A program made the position numbers and the translations under genes. Shown in pieces: positions 1-14,066 of a stretch of 64,000 nucleotides of DNA. Position 1 is the first letter of the stretch. Every line of letters begins with the position of its first letter. The DNA comes from Priapulus caudatus (taxonomy: Eukaryota): positions 264,970 through 328,969 of the forward strand of contig NW_014577080.1 in NCBI RefSeq assembly GCF_000485595.1, given 5' to 3'. Below the pieces are notes generated by a model that worked only from the letters and a program-made list of their open reading frames with translations, searched no databases and was not told the DNA's origin.

Positions 1-2091
1 CAAGCATCTCTCAATTTGTTGAACAGTTGCTGGGTGACCTTGATGCGAGGGTTCTCAAATCCGACATCATCGGCACTGCTTGGATGGAAGCTTCAGCATG
101 TTTCTTGTTACCTTTGATTTGATAACATCTTCACTTCCATAGACGAATCTAGTGCGACGAAACTCGTCGTACTGTTGCACTCCAATTGTGAACACCCTTC
201 CTGCATCATCAACATGTTCTCTGGGAAGATATAGGAGGAATTCAGTCTTCCAAACAATTCTGAGGTAAATAGATTGATAAGAATTTTACTGTGAACTTTT
301 CGACAGTCTGATATGAACTTGCGGATAAAGGAAGGGGTGATCTCCTTGTGACCTTGAGCTAATGTAGGCCCCTCTATTGCAGACAAATATTGCTGAATTT
401 CTGGCAGGCAGAGTTCAAGCTTACGAAGATATTCTTTGTCCTCGCGATTTACGAGATCAATGTACCCAGCCGTTGATTTGATTTTCTTGTTGTTGTGTTC
501 TTGTGCTTGGTCTAGGGCTATCTTAGAGAATGCATTGCCTCTTGTGTTGACAACAAAATATCCCGACGCTAACTCCTTGTGCAGTGTGGGGAACTTGATT
601 GGAAGAGTCTTGAGATCGTATATGAACACAGGGACCCAGCGAGCATAATGTGTATGGTCTAGCGAAAAAAATAAGGGTGCAATCGAGTCGAGTGCAACAA
701 TTAGCAAGTTTAAGTTAGCTTCTCTGAAGGCCCACACAATCATGAGGACCACCTTGATGTAGTGCAGCACGTGATACCAGTAGCTGAACATAGGGTTGCT
801 TTGTGACTCTGACCACTCTTGAAATGTTGTGATGTCCTCATCTTCTCGAACAGCTTCATACGCGTCCTGCATGGACCGCGCCAAGACCACAGCTAACACT
901 TGCAAGACGTACCGAGCTTTCTTGATGTTGTTGACATCACATACTGCCGTAGTAAAGCCCACAGTGTCCAGCGAGGCAGCGGTGACGATACTCCCCATCC
1001 CTGTCCCTTTGAGGAGCTGGCCTATGCAGACCAGCGCAGCCTGTTCAATGTGCAGACCACCCATAAACACAAAGTGAGAATCACCAAAAGCTGCAGGACA
1101 TGACCGCTGAATAGTCTTCTTTAGCGCATACAATGGCTGATCTGAACATCCGACTGCGACCTGACCCGGATTTAGGTACTGTGTGTATTCCACAGCCATC
1201 TCCATGAGGTGATATTGCAGATCAACAGTGTTACTTTTGGCATAGATGACGGGCATAGGGACATTTATTGTGACAATGTCATTTGATTTGTCTCGAGACA
1301 GACTTGCATGGTATACTGTTCACTAACCCGGTGAGTCAATGGAATGATTACCTCCCTTCATCATTTCCACTGCTGACGCCAACCAACGATCTTCTTCTCC
1401 CAGCTCATTCTTGAAAAGCTCGCTTACTATCGAGTCCTCATAGGCATCAGGCAAGTTTACAGTTTGGATTGGACAGAACATTTCTTTGGGAATTTGAACA
1501 GGTGGAACATTGATAAAAGAGTCAAGCGCAGGGCAAGTCTTGTTAACCTTCTCCTCCTCGGTCAGATCTTCTAACGTTAGTATAATAGAGATCAGTGGTG
1601 AAAACCAACACAGGAAGAAAGTGGAGGATGGGAGCATAAATAAATAAATAATAAATATATTATAATTAATATAAATAATATAATATAATAATAATATAAT
1701 AAAATAAATAAATAAATATGCTAGCAGGATACCCGGCGTTGCGCGGGAAATAAAACACTCAGTTGGTGCATGACCACTTGGTTGAAAGAAAAATACAAAA
1801 AATATATGACAAATTTAGGTTCCAAACCACGCCCAATCGATTCCTTAATGTTTAAAACCCCAAAATCGACTCAACGAGTCATTCAATAATCGACCAATAG
1901 AAAGGACCAAGATACGGCAAAAACAGTTTCGGTCCCTTACCGGCCATAGGGGGGAGGGGGAGGTCCGAGTCAAAATTTTGGCTCATTAAAAAATTTATGT
2001 TTATGAAAATATGAACCCAGATTTAACCTTAAACCACTGTCTTTCATAATTTGCAGATTGGCTCTGATACGCTGCATAAGCCTCCAGACTA
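1..2091 (-). mobile_element. Partial AcademX-type DNA transposon, copy 1 (runs off the window start; right TIR ~1806-2091)
   Basis: Ends ...GCATAAGCCTCCAGACTA at 2091 followed by TGA, the same end as copy 2. Bases 1-2091 align by eye to 16068-18341. Confidence 0.75.
108..1570 (-). pseudogene. Academ-type transposase fragment (DDE-region motifs)
   Basis: The 382-aa ORF 108-1256 has DQPLYA, MGGLHIE, DHTHYARW and FSKIALDQAQEHNN motifs that I recognise from Academ-type invertebrate transposases. The upstream ORF 1323-1637 is in the same frame, separated by TAG TGA just before a YHAS motif. The C-terminal end drifts out of frame. Confidence 0.7.
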
Positions 2092-2822
2092 TGAAGGGCT
2101 GCGTGGCAAACATTATGTGCTTAGCGGGTTTTGGATTAGAAATATTGTACCATATTGTCGTAATAGGTTATTGCGCTACTGACCATTTGCGTTATTATTT
2201 ACTATGTATAGCAACATTCTATCAGGATTCCTATTTGCTTAGGTCCTTGCTGCAGCATTTCGTCGGCGCATGCTTTGCTACCTGTCCTCCATATCGACAC
2301 GACCAGACAAATTAATGTGGCAATAACGTCTGTACACGACAAGCGCTAGGCGCACAGAGAGTAGCTCCGTGAGATGCACTCTTATGCGAGCTACTTAGTA
2401 CTATTTTTTACTCCTTTTTACACGGCTTACCTTTATTATTTACTTTATTATTATTTATTATAATTTACCCTTTCATAATTTAATACTTAATAGTTTAAAC
2501 TCGTTTATTAAAAGATTCTTGTAATAGTAGCCACAAGTGTATCAGTCGGGGAATTTTAATAATAAATCGTCCTTTCTTTGACACCCCCGCTAAAAAAGGA
2601 AGTATAATGCTCTAAATAAATTGTAAACGGTCTCCGTATATGAATGTAACAAGTGGATTTCTGTGCATTTATTTTTGTAAAAAATTGCAGTTTACTTGAA
2701 CTAGCTTGTTTTAAATCGTAATTGGAAGTTTACCAGTAACATATGTCACAAACGGAAATGGAAGCAGAGGAATAGCAGAAACTGCTGCCTGATAATCACA
2801 CGGATAATGCATTTAATTTTAC

Positions 2823-2938
2823 CACTCATGGTAAATATTCGGAATTCTCGTTTCCTTCTCTGGTGAAAAGTGTGATGTACAGCTAGGTGCTAAGAATACG
2901 ACGAGCAGAATCATCCACACGCACATCGATTGCGCCAT
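2823..2938 (-). CDS. Putative first coding exon with signal peptide (cleaner duplicate of 19060-19175)
   Basis: Reads MAQSMCVWMILLVVFLAPSCTSHFSPEKETRIPNIYHE, followed by a candidate donor TG|GTAAAA. A hydrophobic core followed by small residues suggests a cleavage site. Confidence 0.5.
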
Positions 2939-5891
2939 ACAGCGAATTGGCAAGTGTTTCGAGCGCAGTCAACCTAGATGGTGCCACCGGTGTCGAGCAA
3001 GCCAAGTGACGCAGGCTCAGCACAGAGCTAGTTTCGGTCTGGCAGGACTAACTACATCGATATAAAGGTTATGTACGCCGTGACAGTGCCCAGAGTCTCG
3101 CTCACATACGATAGTGGCAACATGCGGCTACCGCTGCGGATGTGCGCGTACTTAATATCTATTATGTGTATTCATCCATGGAGTCGTGCAGTCGAATGCA
3201 GGAAATTGAGTTTACATCGTAATACCTGTCTGTCGGAGAGCGGGTTGCCTAGGAAATCGGTCATCGACCGAAATAATTGAACCCGAGTGGTGATTCAACT
3301 TTTGCTGAACGATCATCACTTTCGGCTACTTATTGCGAGATGCAGTGGTTTGATCATTAATCGGCTTGACATAATTTTGTTCCAAAATCGCGTTCGCATA
3401 TGAGTTGAAAGTGCGAACCGGAGGCTCTCCATGTGAAACTCACGTGTGATGCCATTCTACACTTACTAGGAAGAGTGCGGCTGTTTATGGACGAAGACGG
3501 CGTGTTGCAATCCACCGCAACGAAACTTTCGATCGTATACTGCGATTAAGTGTTTCAATGATCGTAGGCCTACCTACTTATATGAGGTGTACTACGGATA
3601 AACATTCTTGTATAAAGACGCAGCAATCGCGATTTGCATTTGCAGGGCACTTGTGGGTCGAAAGATATCCGCGTTGTTACGTACCTAGCTGTGATTGACC
3701 ACTTAGAGAGGCGTCTACAGAAACCTGTAAGAACGGCTCTTCATGTACCGGTACGATCACCGGTCCTGAATCAGCGCTACGCTGCTGCTGACACCTGAAC
3801 TGATACAAAGTTGTTATTATTCACGCGAAATTGCTTACTGTAAATTGTGCCGATCCAGAAAAACGTGTACCTTTGTGTGGTGAGTTAGTGGCAAGTAAAA
3901 TGGTCATGAGATTCAGGAAGTATGTTTCTAAATGACACTATACCCACCCACCCACCAGCACACCAGGAGTTTGGTTAAAAGGAGAAGACATCTGTCGAAA
4001 GTGCTCGTTAAGAGATCGTGGAACATACATCATATACTATTCTTATTGAACTACAGCGTTTATACACGCTGGGAAAGTAAGACCTTTTTACGCATATGTA
4101 ATTTACATCTGCCGAAATACAGGTCTTCAACTACAGAATTGTTACATGCACGATGCGAGAGTTCTGGTAGCTCCATAGGATATGAGACGTATGAATGAAA
4201 AATAGGTTAAGTGGTTCGACGCATACTAGCATTGCCGGTTTTACGATGCAGTGTAGGATACATACAATAAATGTAACCCAAACCCTACTCTTGTTGGGTT
4301 ACATGATGTATCTAGATGCAGTGAATGGTAATCTGTTCAGTCGTATATCCCAAAAAGTATTTTTGGCATTTAGTGTTCTAGTTGCCAGATCGTAATGAAC
4401 GCTATAGTATATGTAATAGCAAAACGGTGTGAACATGCAGAATATAACCGCTGAAATAATTTCTTACACAGCATACGCGAGTATTGAAGCGATGAACGCG
4501 TTTAAATTCACGCATCTTTCTAATTACAAGACCCTGCAGATAATTTAGAGGAAATAAATAAAGCTGGGCTAGTTTAAATGAGGCACAGTTGTATAACGCA
4601 TAATGAACGCTTTCATGCATATTGAGCTGTCAGCATTCCTAGTGAAATTATCCAAAATGAACAATTAAAGAGAGTCGTCGGCATGGTAAGCCACAAAAGC
4701 TTATTAAAAAAGTAAAAGAAGAATGTATCTGCGTGGGGTAATGTACGTAATAATAAATATCGCTTATTGTGATTATGCTCTCTACAAAAGCGGCATACAA
4801 ATGTTAACGCACTCTATCATCTAGAGGATAATGACCGAGAATAATTAAGCATTATCTAACGATCTAGCATATACAGATCTAGCACTATTAGTTCTCTTAC
4901 TACAGTGTAACACACAATTTCAGCAATGCTAGTATAGAATCATGGTTAATTCCTATTGATGGACGTATAAAATCGTGGCGCTTTTCAGAAATTTTACTAA
5001 CACTCCTTAGCTCTGTGAATGCAGACGACAATATTAATTTCTCTGGCTACAGACAGTTGTGATTGTATCCATTAAGTGGTGATACATCGTGGCTCATCCC
5101 AGGCAAACATAAAGATGTGCCAACGCTCATTGTTGGGATAAAGATGCATGAAAAAACAGATTATACTATGTTGAAAGTCTGTACGCCGACGTCCAAAATT
5201 CGTAATGGTAAGAATAGAACTCTGAGTTTCTGCAGCGTTGCACATGAAGTAATGTTTTGTATGATTTCATTGAGCTCAGTTGAGTGATGGGTGGTAAGAT
5301 GCTGCGCGAGATACCATTTCTCATTCGCCAGCGGGTTAGCGCCCATTTATCTGCACCCGAGCAGGCATGGCACTTCTGAGTGTGAATTTCGAGCGTGCTC
5401 ATCAAGTAGCTGTTTGGCACCGAGGGAGGCCTGTAATCTCAATGTAAACGGTGTCAGCTTTGATGTTAGCTCGGAAAAATGAGCGAAACATGGTGATCAC
5501 AAGTAAGGCGTCAGTTCGCATTTACTCTTTAAAGTTCAATTGCGAAAAAAGTACGCGTATTTAGCTTTGAAGTATAATAGTATATATACTACTATATGTA
5601 TTAAATATATATATATATATATATATTACAGAATCTAAATAATGAAATTAAATATCACTTCCGCGTTGTCACAGAGAAAAACTCATAGATACTAAAGACG
5701 CTCGCATAAATGCTGTCACAAGAACACAAAAGATGTCTAGTTCGTGCGATTTGCAATTTCTACTAATTACAGNNNNNNNNNNNNNNNNNNNNNNNNNGGA
5801 GGTCCTTGGTCATAGACACCATAGTTGATTACAACTAGGCGTGGTTGTACGTCAAATCTTGAAAATGCATTGATTATGAAATATTGCGTAC

Positions 5892-6037
5892 TCCTTGTGG
5901 GTTATGGCTACAGTGCGTAGCCGCTCTGGTGTGGTGTACACAGTTCGTGCTGCACGTACGGCAGGTGCCTGCCGATGGTTGAAGATACCCGGTGTTGAAA
6001 ACACAGAGGTGGATGAGGGAAACGCACCATCGACGTG
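5892..6037 (-). CDS. Putative exon of VWA-protein gene A
   Basis: Open frame HVDGAFPSSTSVFSTPGIFNHRQAPAVRAARTVY follows a 67-nt GTATTT...CTAAT...TTTTGTAG intron (6038-6104). Confidence 0.35.
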
Positions 6038-6104
6038 CTACAAAAGATTCCTTGCGTGTATCGTTCATTTGATTAGTCGTTGTTCACGTAAAATTAGTAA
6101 ATAC

Positions 6105-6209
6105 CGACGTGACGACGATGTTGGTTTTGGATCGGCAACTCGGGGCTGTCGGATCAGCAACACGTCTCTGTTCTCATGTGCGCGCAGCGCCGCATCAAGG
6201 TTTGTGAAC
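6105..6209 (-). CDS. Putative VWA exon (frameshifted)
   Basis: FTNLDAALRA...PRVADP / KTNIVVTS resembles the VWA 'TNT..AL...RP..KVIVVITDG' segment. Bounded by AG and GT; needs a frameshift. Confidence 0.45.
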
Positions 6210-6527
6210 CTATACGCTCTTGCTGCTATTATAGCGGCAAGCTAGGCCTCCCTCCGTGCCTATCGGCGAATATTATGCGTACCGTAGTTACTTTTTCTGA
6301 CATCGCTAGATTATTGCGTGGCTGTAGCGTGAACACAGGAAGGCCGCTCATGTCATACTCATATATACCGGTACTCCCTAGCTATAGGGTATTCAGTCAC
6401 CACAATTCGGAATTACGATAATAATGATGACATATTGGCAGTCTAATATCTATGCTGATACTACTTCATTACACGACAGGAGTCATGTTGTAGTTTAGTG
6501 CATATAACCGGAGTATTTCTAGCTTAC

Positions 6528-6825
6528 CGCACCATTTTTACGCAAATACCCCGGCGCCAATGGACCTCTCAGCCTTACATGTCAATGTCGTAAATCCTTT
6601 TGAGGTTAATACGTGAAGGTCTGATAACGATGTCTGATGAAAGTATTCGAGAGTTAGCACGCTGCTTTCTCAATTCCTAGATATCATATCGATGTGTCCA
6701 ACAGGTCGGGCGATACAAATGTAGAGGATTTCCCACTCGGACTATGTACGCACGATGTTCGTTTCGGCCGTGCTGCCGAATTGCGCGTATGCATGAAAGC
6801 TATGAACGCAGCATTACTAAGTAAC
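6528..6825 (-). CDS. Putative VWA exon(s) (noisy)
   Basis: Acceptor GCGCAG, then AYAQFGSTAETNIV, which resembles the VWA beta-2/3 'VVQFSS.A..EF'. Strong donor GCG|GTAAGC at 6528. Internal stops and frameshifts are present. Confidence 0.4.
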
Positions 6826-7689
6826 CTGCGCAATTCTAAGTACCGTAGCTCAAACTGTTTACGCTAGTAGAATAGACTAACACGGATGCTCACCGGATAT
6901 CCTAACATTCAGTTATCGTTATGCGGCACACGGTCTTTGGCTTCAACGTACTCCCCTACATGATTGCACAGACTTAACGAAAGCGAATGCGGGCTAGCGC
7001 TAAACATTATTTTCGGCAGTCCGCTCATGCAACTGCTCATTGTCTGTTGTGTCAGTCTGTCATTAAGTCAAATTCGGTGACGAAAATATTCAAAAACAAT
7101 TAGCGAGAAAAGCGTTATATCTTGCCATAAACAACGCAAAACGATTACTTACGATGGTCGTTGTAAAACGCTGCAGAACAGAGCGAATGTCTAGATAGCA
7201 TAATAAGTATCAGGAGCACCGCAGGAAATCAAAGCCCACTCTATTCTTCCTACACAAGTAAAGTGAAATTTCATCATGCCTCCCATTATTCCCGCTCTTC
7301 GGCTCATGCTTAACACCGTCTTCTGAGTTGTATTCGTGTTCATATTTATACTAATCTATATTGTTACGGTTGGATTTAGGTTCTAATAATATTTTTAGCT
7401 CAGCTCAGTATTTTACAATTTTGACAGGTTTGGCGATGGGCTGTGCTGTCCGGGACAATTCGGTATTCCGAGCCTGTTAAGTAACACTTAAAAAACTTTT
7501 CGTTTACAAATGATGCTTTGAAACCATTTCAGGTGCTCGAATAGCACACAGACGGTATTAACCATTCAGTTGCGTACACAGCCTTTCATTTCATAATAAA
7601 CAGTACTATTATCGCGCCCGTTCTATTATTTTATACATTGCCAAACCTAATAATCAAAATTAAACACTCTTATAGAATTGATCGGTCAC

Positions 7690-7851
7690 CGGCTACGGAC
7701 GCTCATTCAAGTCCGATACAAGATTCACTGCGCATTACTCCGACACTTGCAAGCCCATTCAGCTAAGAATATATTTCCACGCTTTACAAGTTCTATATCT
7801 AGTGATATCGAATCTTGCAAGTGTGTCTGCCGCTTGAAACCCTGCCGAATT
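7690..7851 (-). CDS. Putative exon at the start of a VWA domain
   Basis: TGTGCAG acceptor, in phase with the preceding exon (AG|A = Arg): IRQGFKRQT..., then TCK / LDIELV resembling VWA beta-1. Candidate donor CCG|GTGACC. Confidence 0.35.
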
Positions 7852-7955
7852 CTGCACACTTATTAATACGGACTCAGATATGTTTACAATACTATGTATA
7901 CTTTTGAACATTACATATGTCCGCAGACGCACGCACGCCGCGCCGCGCCACGCAC

Positions 7956-8110
7956 CTCAAGATTTGAGATTGGGATTCGCTCTCAACAAGGATTTGCCCG
8001 TGACCCGATTCGTCGACGGATGCAATCGATTTTCATAGTTGATTCCCGGCTCTGTTACCAGTTCTACGTTCTCCCTCTTTCACGCTGCTCGTCGATATTA
8101 CCTCAGTATA
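7956..8110 (-). CDS. Putative exon at the end of a VWA domain
   Basis: KSIASVDESGHGQILVESESQSQIL resembles the VWA C-terminal 'L..IAS....H.F.VE'. Donor TTGAG|GTGCGT. The 5' boundary is uncertain. Confidence 0.35.
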
Positions 8111-9349
8111 CTCTACGCACACTTATATGACAAGGAGAGATAGTAATCCGCGATAGGGGACGGCTTTGATTGGATAGCTATTTTGTCTCTTATTTATTCT
8201 TCATTGTTTATTATTTTTCGCTATTTATTGTTTTATTTTAGATTAGAATAGCGCGTTAGGGTTAAATATTTCTATATCCACACTTATGTTTCATATTCAC
8301 TAGGTTGCTCCGCCTGAGACCTACTTACTATCTACTCCTCACTTTCAATCACCCCGGATCAACGTCCTCTCTTCCCCTCACCCGCTACCTCGCTACCTCC
8401 CTCTAACGATCTTCCCCCTACCTATCGTCCCTACATTTCCCATCCACAGCTAGCTCACTCCCTTCAATTATCTCTTCATTATCTACTTTCTCCCCTCGTT
8501 TGACATCCTCGAGCCTTCCCCACCCACTTCCTCTCTCTTACATCCAACCCGCGCCTTAATCTTAAGGAGAGCTCCAACAACACAGCGGGCGACTGGTCCA
8601 CTGAACATCAAGACTTTATGATTAAGAGATTGAGATTGTCTTCCGAAGGCGTCGTAAGTCTTAACACAAAGGCTTTCGTTTCTGTCGATGAGTTCAAACG
8701 AAGACCAGGCACAGGAATCTACGGTTATTGCAGTAATACTAGCGTCAGTAAGCTTATAACTGTTTCGAAATGGTCTTAGGTGCGCTTGAGTGTTCTCAGA
8801 TTGTTTATGTATGTTTATGCTGTGTATGTACTGTGGTTATTGGTGTTAATGCAGTTTTGATGTATGTTTATTTCAGCTCGTAATTCGCCGCATGCTATTG
8901 CGGCTGCCATAGATATTGCCAAGGTAACTTTTTGTTAATTTGACTGATTATTTGAATATCTTTCAATCACATCAAACGTTTTTTTAAACTGAAATCTATT
9001 GCTTAGTTGTAACCCTCTAAATTGTTAAAAACAAGGCATTGTTGTAGTTGCAGCAACTGTAATAACCTATAGCAACTCTGGCTAACCCACAGGAACCTAT
9101 ATGCTTTGTTACAGGTGAAAAAGAAAGAAACAATGGTTACTATATTGTACAACTGTAATTGTAGTATATTTGTATGATAAATTAGTTCGTCATGTGAAAA
9201 CGTAGACTGTCTACGGTCTAGAGTATACACAGAATCGATCGGTACTAGTGCCTGACCCGGATAAGGAAACGCAGCAGAAACATATTCTACAATATATCCC
9301 AACAAACCATCAACATCCTGATGATCATAAACCCACATTGTCCATTTCC

Positions 9350-9900
9350 TTATCCCGATTCTTACACCCATAAAAACGCCCAATGCTTCTCCAATATCAA
9401 TTCTCTTCAGGTCTTCAATTTTCATTTCGTCTGCCTACTCGAATCATCCAAATCCCGTACATATCCAGTGATTCAAGCAATCTGCCGGAATCCCTGCATC
9501 TTTTAATCAAATCTGCTATCCCTATCACAGGTCGCTGTCTCCGGTAGTAAATCTGCCTACGTAGATGCGTAAGCCTTATCCTAACCCGCTATGTAACATA
9601 TCGTCGCACCCCGCGCTTTATGCCTCAATCGCGTTCTTCCTCGCGCACGCGGCATTAACAAAGACACATCGATCCTTTTTGAATATGACACTTACCGATC
9701 AAACCATTGAACTGCAATCGAGCCCACTCCCCATACTCGCTCTTCACAATTTCTCTTAGATTTTGCCACTTGATTCCGGAACTTCCTGGTACTAATCATC
9801 CAATATGCATTGATGTCCTCATTACTCTCTTCCCTCAACGAGTTTACTAGGTCTTATCTACAACGCTATATCGTGACAACGTAGGGACTCACGTATTGGT
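9350..9900 (-). CDS. Putative large VWA-like exon (heavily frameshifted)
   Basis: Pieces NAIEA..., IYVGRFTTGDS, IADLIKRCRDSG..LDMYGI and IEDLKRI..GVF occur in the order expected for the second half of a VWA domain. Boundaries are approximate. Confidence 0.3.
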
Positions 9901-11735
9901 TGCATATCAAGGCGTGGGTGCTACCCTATGGAAAATCATCGTTACCGATGGGCAACGTTCCGCATAGACAATGGCGATTCTTTGCCTGACAAGCGAAATA
10001 ATGATCAGGCTGAAAACGGCGGGAAGAATGGACGTGAGAACGGGAAGAGCGACAAGCGAGGAGAGAACATAGGCCAGAGAGAATTGAGCGGGACGCGAAG
10101 ACCTTCACAAAAATGTTCACCAATTGGACCAGTAGCCTTCATTGCATCATGCACTCGTCCAGCGCTCGCCATGTTGAATATACTCATGAAATTGCAGTGC
10201 TAATACAAAGTGTCTTTGTCCTTCACTTACATCTCAGCACGCACCCAATTAGGCGTTGTGACCCACAAGTTCACCCAATGTTGGAATAACGAGTTGCCAA
10301 CTAACACGTTTTACATTATTGGAAAATCATACTAATCTGTCTCAGCTCGGCGTGCCATGCGGCGAAGTAGACTCGGTAACTCGCTGCTATGCTCCCTCCG
10401 CCATCACCTGTATTGCGATCAACCCGGCCAATTATTTGCCGCAAGGGGCCAGCTGCGGCATGGACCCGGCTTATCTTCTTGCAGGCCGACATTTGACAAG
10501 TCCCGGTATCAACAATGCGCCGCAACAAGAAAAGTACCGCATCGAACACCTTATAAGCAGTGTAAGTTTTCTGCCTTAAGCAGGCGCAGGCACCATATTA
10601 GTGGTTAGTTTGCATCCTTCGACTGAAATGTTCGTGGACTGCTAATATAAAGCCCGCAATGCGCTCGCACTCGCAGTGGACATCACTAATAACATCTGGT
10701 TACTAAATAATCCAAGTTGCTGATCACAGTGTCGACAGTTGCGAAAGCAAGACGCTGTTAAAAACAGTGGTGGCTAGCTTTCGATATAGGTAACGTATTT
10801 TTTAAATATGTGCTATGTCAAATCTAATTGAAGCTTAAATAATGCTAAATAAAAGTAAGCCCAAACTGCAATCAATTGGATATTGCTTCGATCTGTGCTT
10901 AACAGTGCATGGTTAAAGTTAAAATTATCTATATGTCTATGCGTCCACAGATCTTTCCATACGATATTGAGAAATAGGTACAAAACAATATACCTATTTG
11001 CGCCATTTCATTTTTATCTTGCGGATTAAACTGAGATGAACCTGTTTTATATGTTTGACTTATTCCTAGGAGATTTACCTACACAGCATGAGAAGTAATA
11101 TTAATTTCACTGTATATGATAGTCGATTTCAATTTTCGTTAACCATGATTCTATGTTATCACTAACTATATACATAAACCATTTCTACACTAATATTCCA
11201 CAAGTGATCATCCACGAAGAACGGAAAAAAACTTATGACTGGGCTAGGCCTACCCTATTCACTTTTATGCAGCCCCAGGACCTTGCCCAGATAACCAATT
11301 AACGTCCTTGACTAGTGTGCATCCTCTAATCATAAAACTCATGTTAGGATCCTGCATTGATGCAACCATGAATCAGCTCTATTGTTGTGTGCTTATACCC
11401 ACAAGCAACCGAGCAATCATTAATGGTAATTTAATATATATTAATTGATATCGCAATCCTATTACTATATGACTTACAAGTGGCTTTATTACCTTTATTA
11501 TCTGTACTTTCATCATAAAAATTCTATTGTATGCATGCCAATGCCACATAATAATGCTCACGCAATTGATGTATAAATTATTACTCGCGACCTCAATCAA
11601 TAACAGCAAGAGAATAATAATGGTGTTTATTGGCTCTTGGATAACAGGTTATGTACTACGCGAGACAATTACTGATTGCTACAGCGTGGCAGTAGCACTG
11701 TGGCGCTTGAATTATCGCCACTTGAATAGATATAC

Positions 11736-11985
11736 CTAGCAATCAATGAGAAGTTCGTTATCTTTGGAAGTGTACGTACAAAGTTAGAAAAGTATTGACA
11801 TGCGAACAGTATAAGATTCAGTGTCATGCCACGGTATCACGCTGGCAAACACTAGGTCTATCCCACACCTATCACGGCTATCTGCTACATCGACTTCACC
11901 TCTCTCTCTCAGGAGCTTGCTTGATACGCCAGCCACCCCCCCCCCACAATCCCAGGTCTTGTACAATTCACTTTGCTCCAGTACT
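11736..11985 (-). CDS. Putative exon with a VWA N-terminal strand
   Basis: DSRDRCGIDLVFA matches 'C..DLVF' (VWA beta-1). After a frameshift it reads FSNFVRTLPKITNFSLIA, then donor TAG|GTATAT at 11736. Confidence 0.5.
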
Positions 11986-11993
11986 GTCTGGGC

Positions 11994-12033
11994 CATGAGA
12001 TAATATAGGCTAGTCTCTATATATTTCTATATG
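11994..12033. mobile_element. Degenerate hairpin micro-MITE (CAT...ATG type)
   Basis: CATGAGATAATATAGGCTAGTCTCTATATATTTCTATATG is an imperfect palindrome. The flanks GTCTGGGC / GTTTCGGG are only loosely similar. Confidence 0.3.
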
Positions 12034-13222
12034 GTTTCGGGGACAATGTGTAAGCGGCGAGTACTCGCGATGATATTTACTTTATTAATATTTATTAAAA
12101 GGTTCTTACAACCCCGCCCACCCCCCTCCACCTCATCTGCAACTAGTGACCGGATTTTATGCGTTTCTTTTTTTTGTTTGTTTTTTCTTTCCTGTTGTTT
12201 GGTAGCCAGTATACTGCTTTTTATCGAGGACTTTAGCTGGATAGACAGAATTAAGCAGTGTCTTCGTAAAATTTGTGTATCGTAAATAACCTTCCTGCTG
12301 TACTGGCTCATGCCATCTATGGCGTACGTAGTATACCGGTTTCTCTCTAATGCTAATACTATTTGTACTTAGACAATAATAGAACGGCGGCGGAACAGTA
12401 TCGTGCCTATTTACCTACGCAGTACCTGTGAAGTTATTTAATTGCATCCGCATGTGTGACTTTATGGGTCCTTGCCTTAACTCACGCGTCTCCTAGTAAG
12501 GTTAATGTGACGACGGCGACAGAATGATTCAAATTTTTCAAGCATCAGCAATGAGTAGTATATAGCGTCATTGTAGCTTCGCCGACACAGCGCCGCCACC
12601 TATATTGTTAATAATTAACAGCCAAGTTTAATGCCTTGGCCCGCTGATTTATAGGTTGGCTAGAGAAAGGGGTTCATTTGAGAGCTGGCCGGGAATTAGG
12701 TACTTTTCACCAGCTGTACCCTATAGTGGTTGCGAGTATTGGTTATTTATAGGAGTATAGTAAGTGACCAACGTTCGCACAAACCACTATGTCATCACTC
12801 ACAAATAATAAGCCAAGTTTAGCGCAATTTTCCTAGGTTCGTGCCGGCTATATTACATCAACGGACACATTTCTGTATGCAGTATGTCCAAATCTTACGG
12901 GTCAGTTCTGGTCAACACTGGTCAATATGGCAACAGTAAATATATCTATAGCTGGCAACATGTTCACAACAGGAACCTTTTTATGGCGCCGATTGTCCTA
13001 GTTCTACTGTACGTGTATGTGTGCGTTGCACGTTTGTTAGCGCGCCAAGTGTCGTGGATTGAAGTGTGACGGAGAAGAACATTGCGAGTGCGGTATATGT
13101 GTGGAGTATGCTCGACTCAACGTCTAGTTAAATGCGTTTTAGCAGAGGCAGTTAGGCAAGCGCTGATGCAATGTGAGGGTTACAAGATGTGTAAGGGCAC
13201 TTTAAAGTATGTAGGTCACTAG

Positions 13223-13225
<3 letters not shown>

Positions 13226-13263
<38 letters not shown>
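13226..13263. repeat. (TA)n microsatellite
   Basis: Perfect TA run. Confidence 0.95.
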
Positions 13264-13264
<1 letters not shown>

Positions 13265-14066
13265 TGGTTAGTACAGTTTTGACCAGAAGCTATATAGCTA
13301 TAACCGATTTGAACTTCATTTTTCTCAAAAAAGGTTTTAATGTTTTAAGTTTTGTATGGCAAGATTTAATATTCCCATATTCGTCTACTTTACATGCAAA
13401 TACCTTATTCTCTGTATACGATCGTATCATCCCAGCAAGCTGCCAACAAAGCTATTTTAACGACACTGCATGAAGTCTATCTGTATTTAGGCTCCCTATG
13501 TGCGCATGAAGGGCAACATTTCAGTGTCCTATTCACGATTAAAAATAAGAATCGGTTATGATTTAGCCCGCGGAGTTCCAATATTAATGTGTCAGTTCTA
13601 ATGTTATCAGATTGCCAGCGGATTGCCATCAATGCAGATTTAGATTATTATAACATGGAACGAAGAACAGAGATGACAACTGTGAGCAGAGCAGCAATAT
13701 GGGGATGGGAAGGATTCGATGTGGTGACTAGAAATTGTCAGTGTTGTCCACATGCTATAATAGCAATTCCTGCTAATTTTGTTGTGTATTTTCGTGTAAA
13801 GCTCCGGGAAGATTAAACCTTGATAAATAGCACCCAATGGTTTCACGTGAACGGAATAGCCTGGCTGAGTGAACCTAGCTCAGCCTTGCATGCACATTAT
13901 ATGGAATGGCTGCATGGCGAGTGTATTCCCTAGATGACAGGTTTTCGCCGACTGTCATCTACACACTGATAGATAATGCATGCGTTCCCACCTTATATTT
14001 TTGTGTTCTATTCTAACTACATATATCATCAACCCACGAAAGTTTGTTAGTGCTTAAATATCTTGA

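Larger units (their letters stand above)
1..5772 (+). repeat. Direct duplicate of 16068-21895 (probable assembly artefact)
   Basis: Collinear match from CAAGCATCTCTCAATTTG to TTCTACTAATTAC. Differences are mostly 1-2 nt indels. Ends at a 25-N gap (5773-5797). Confidence 0.9.

Noticed and set aside
13640..13846. RNCYY...CSAHSCHLCS as a C-type lectin N-terminus; also CNEGY (sushi-like) near 10135
   Set aside because: Only short motifs in noisy sequence with unclear exon boundaries. They cannot be supported without alignment.
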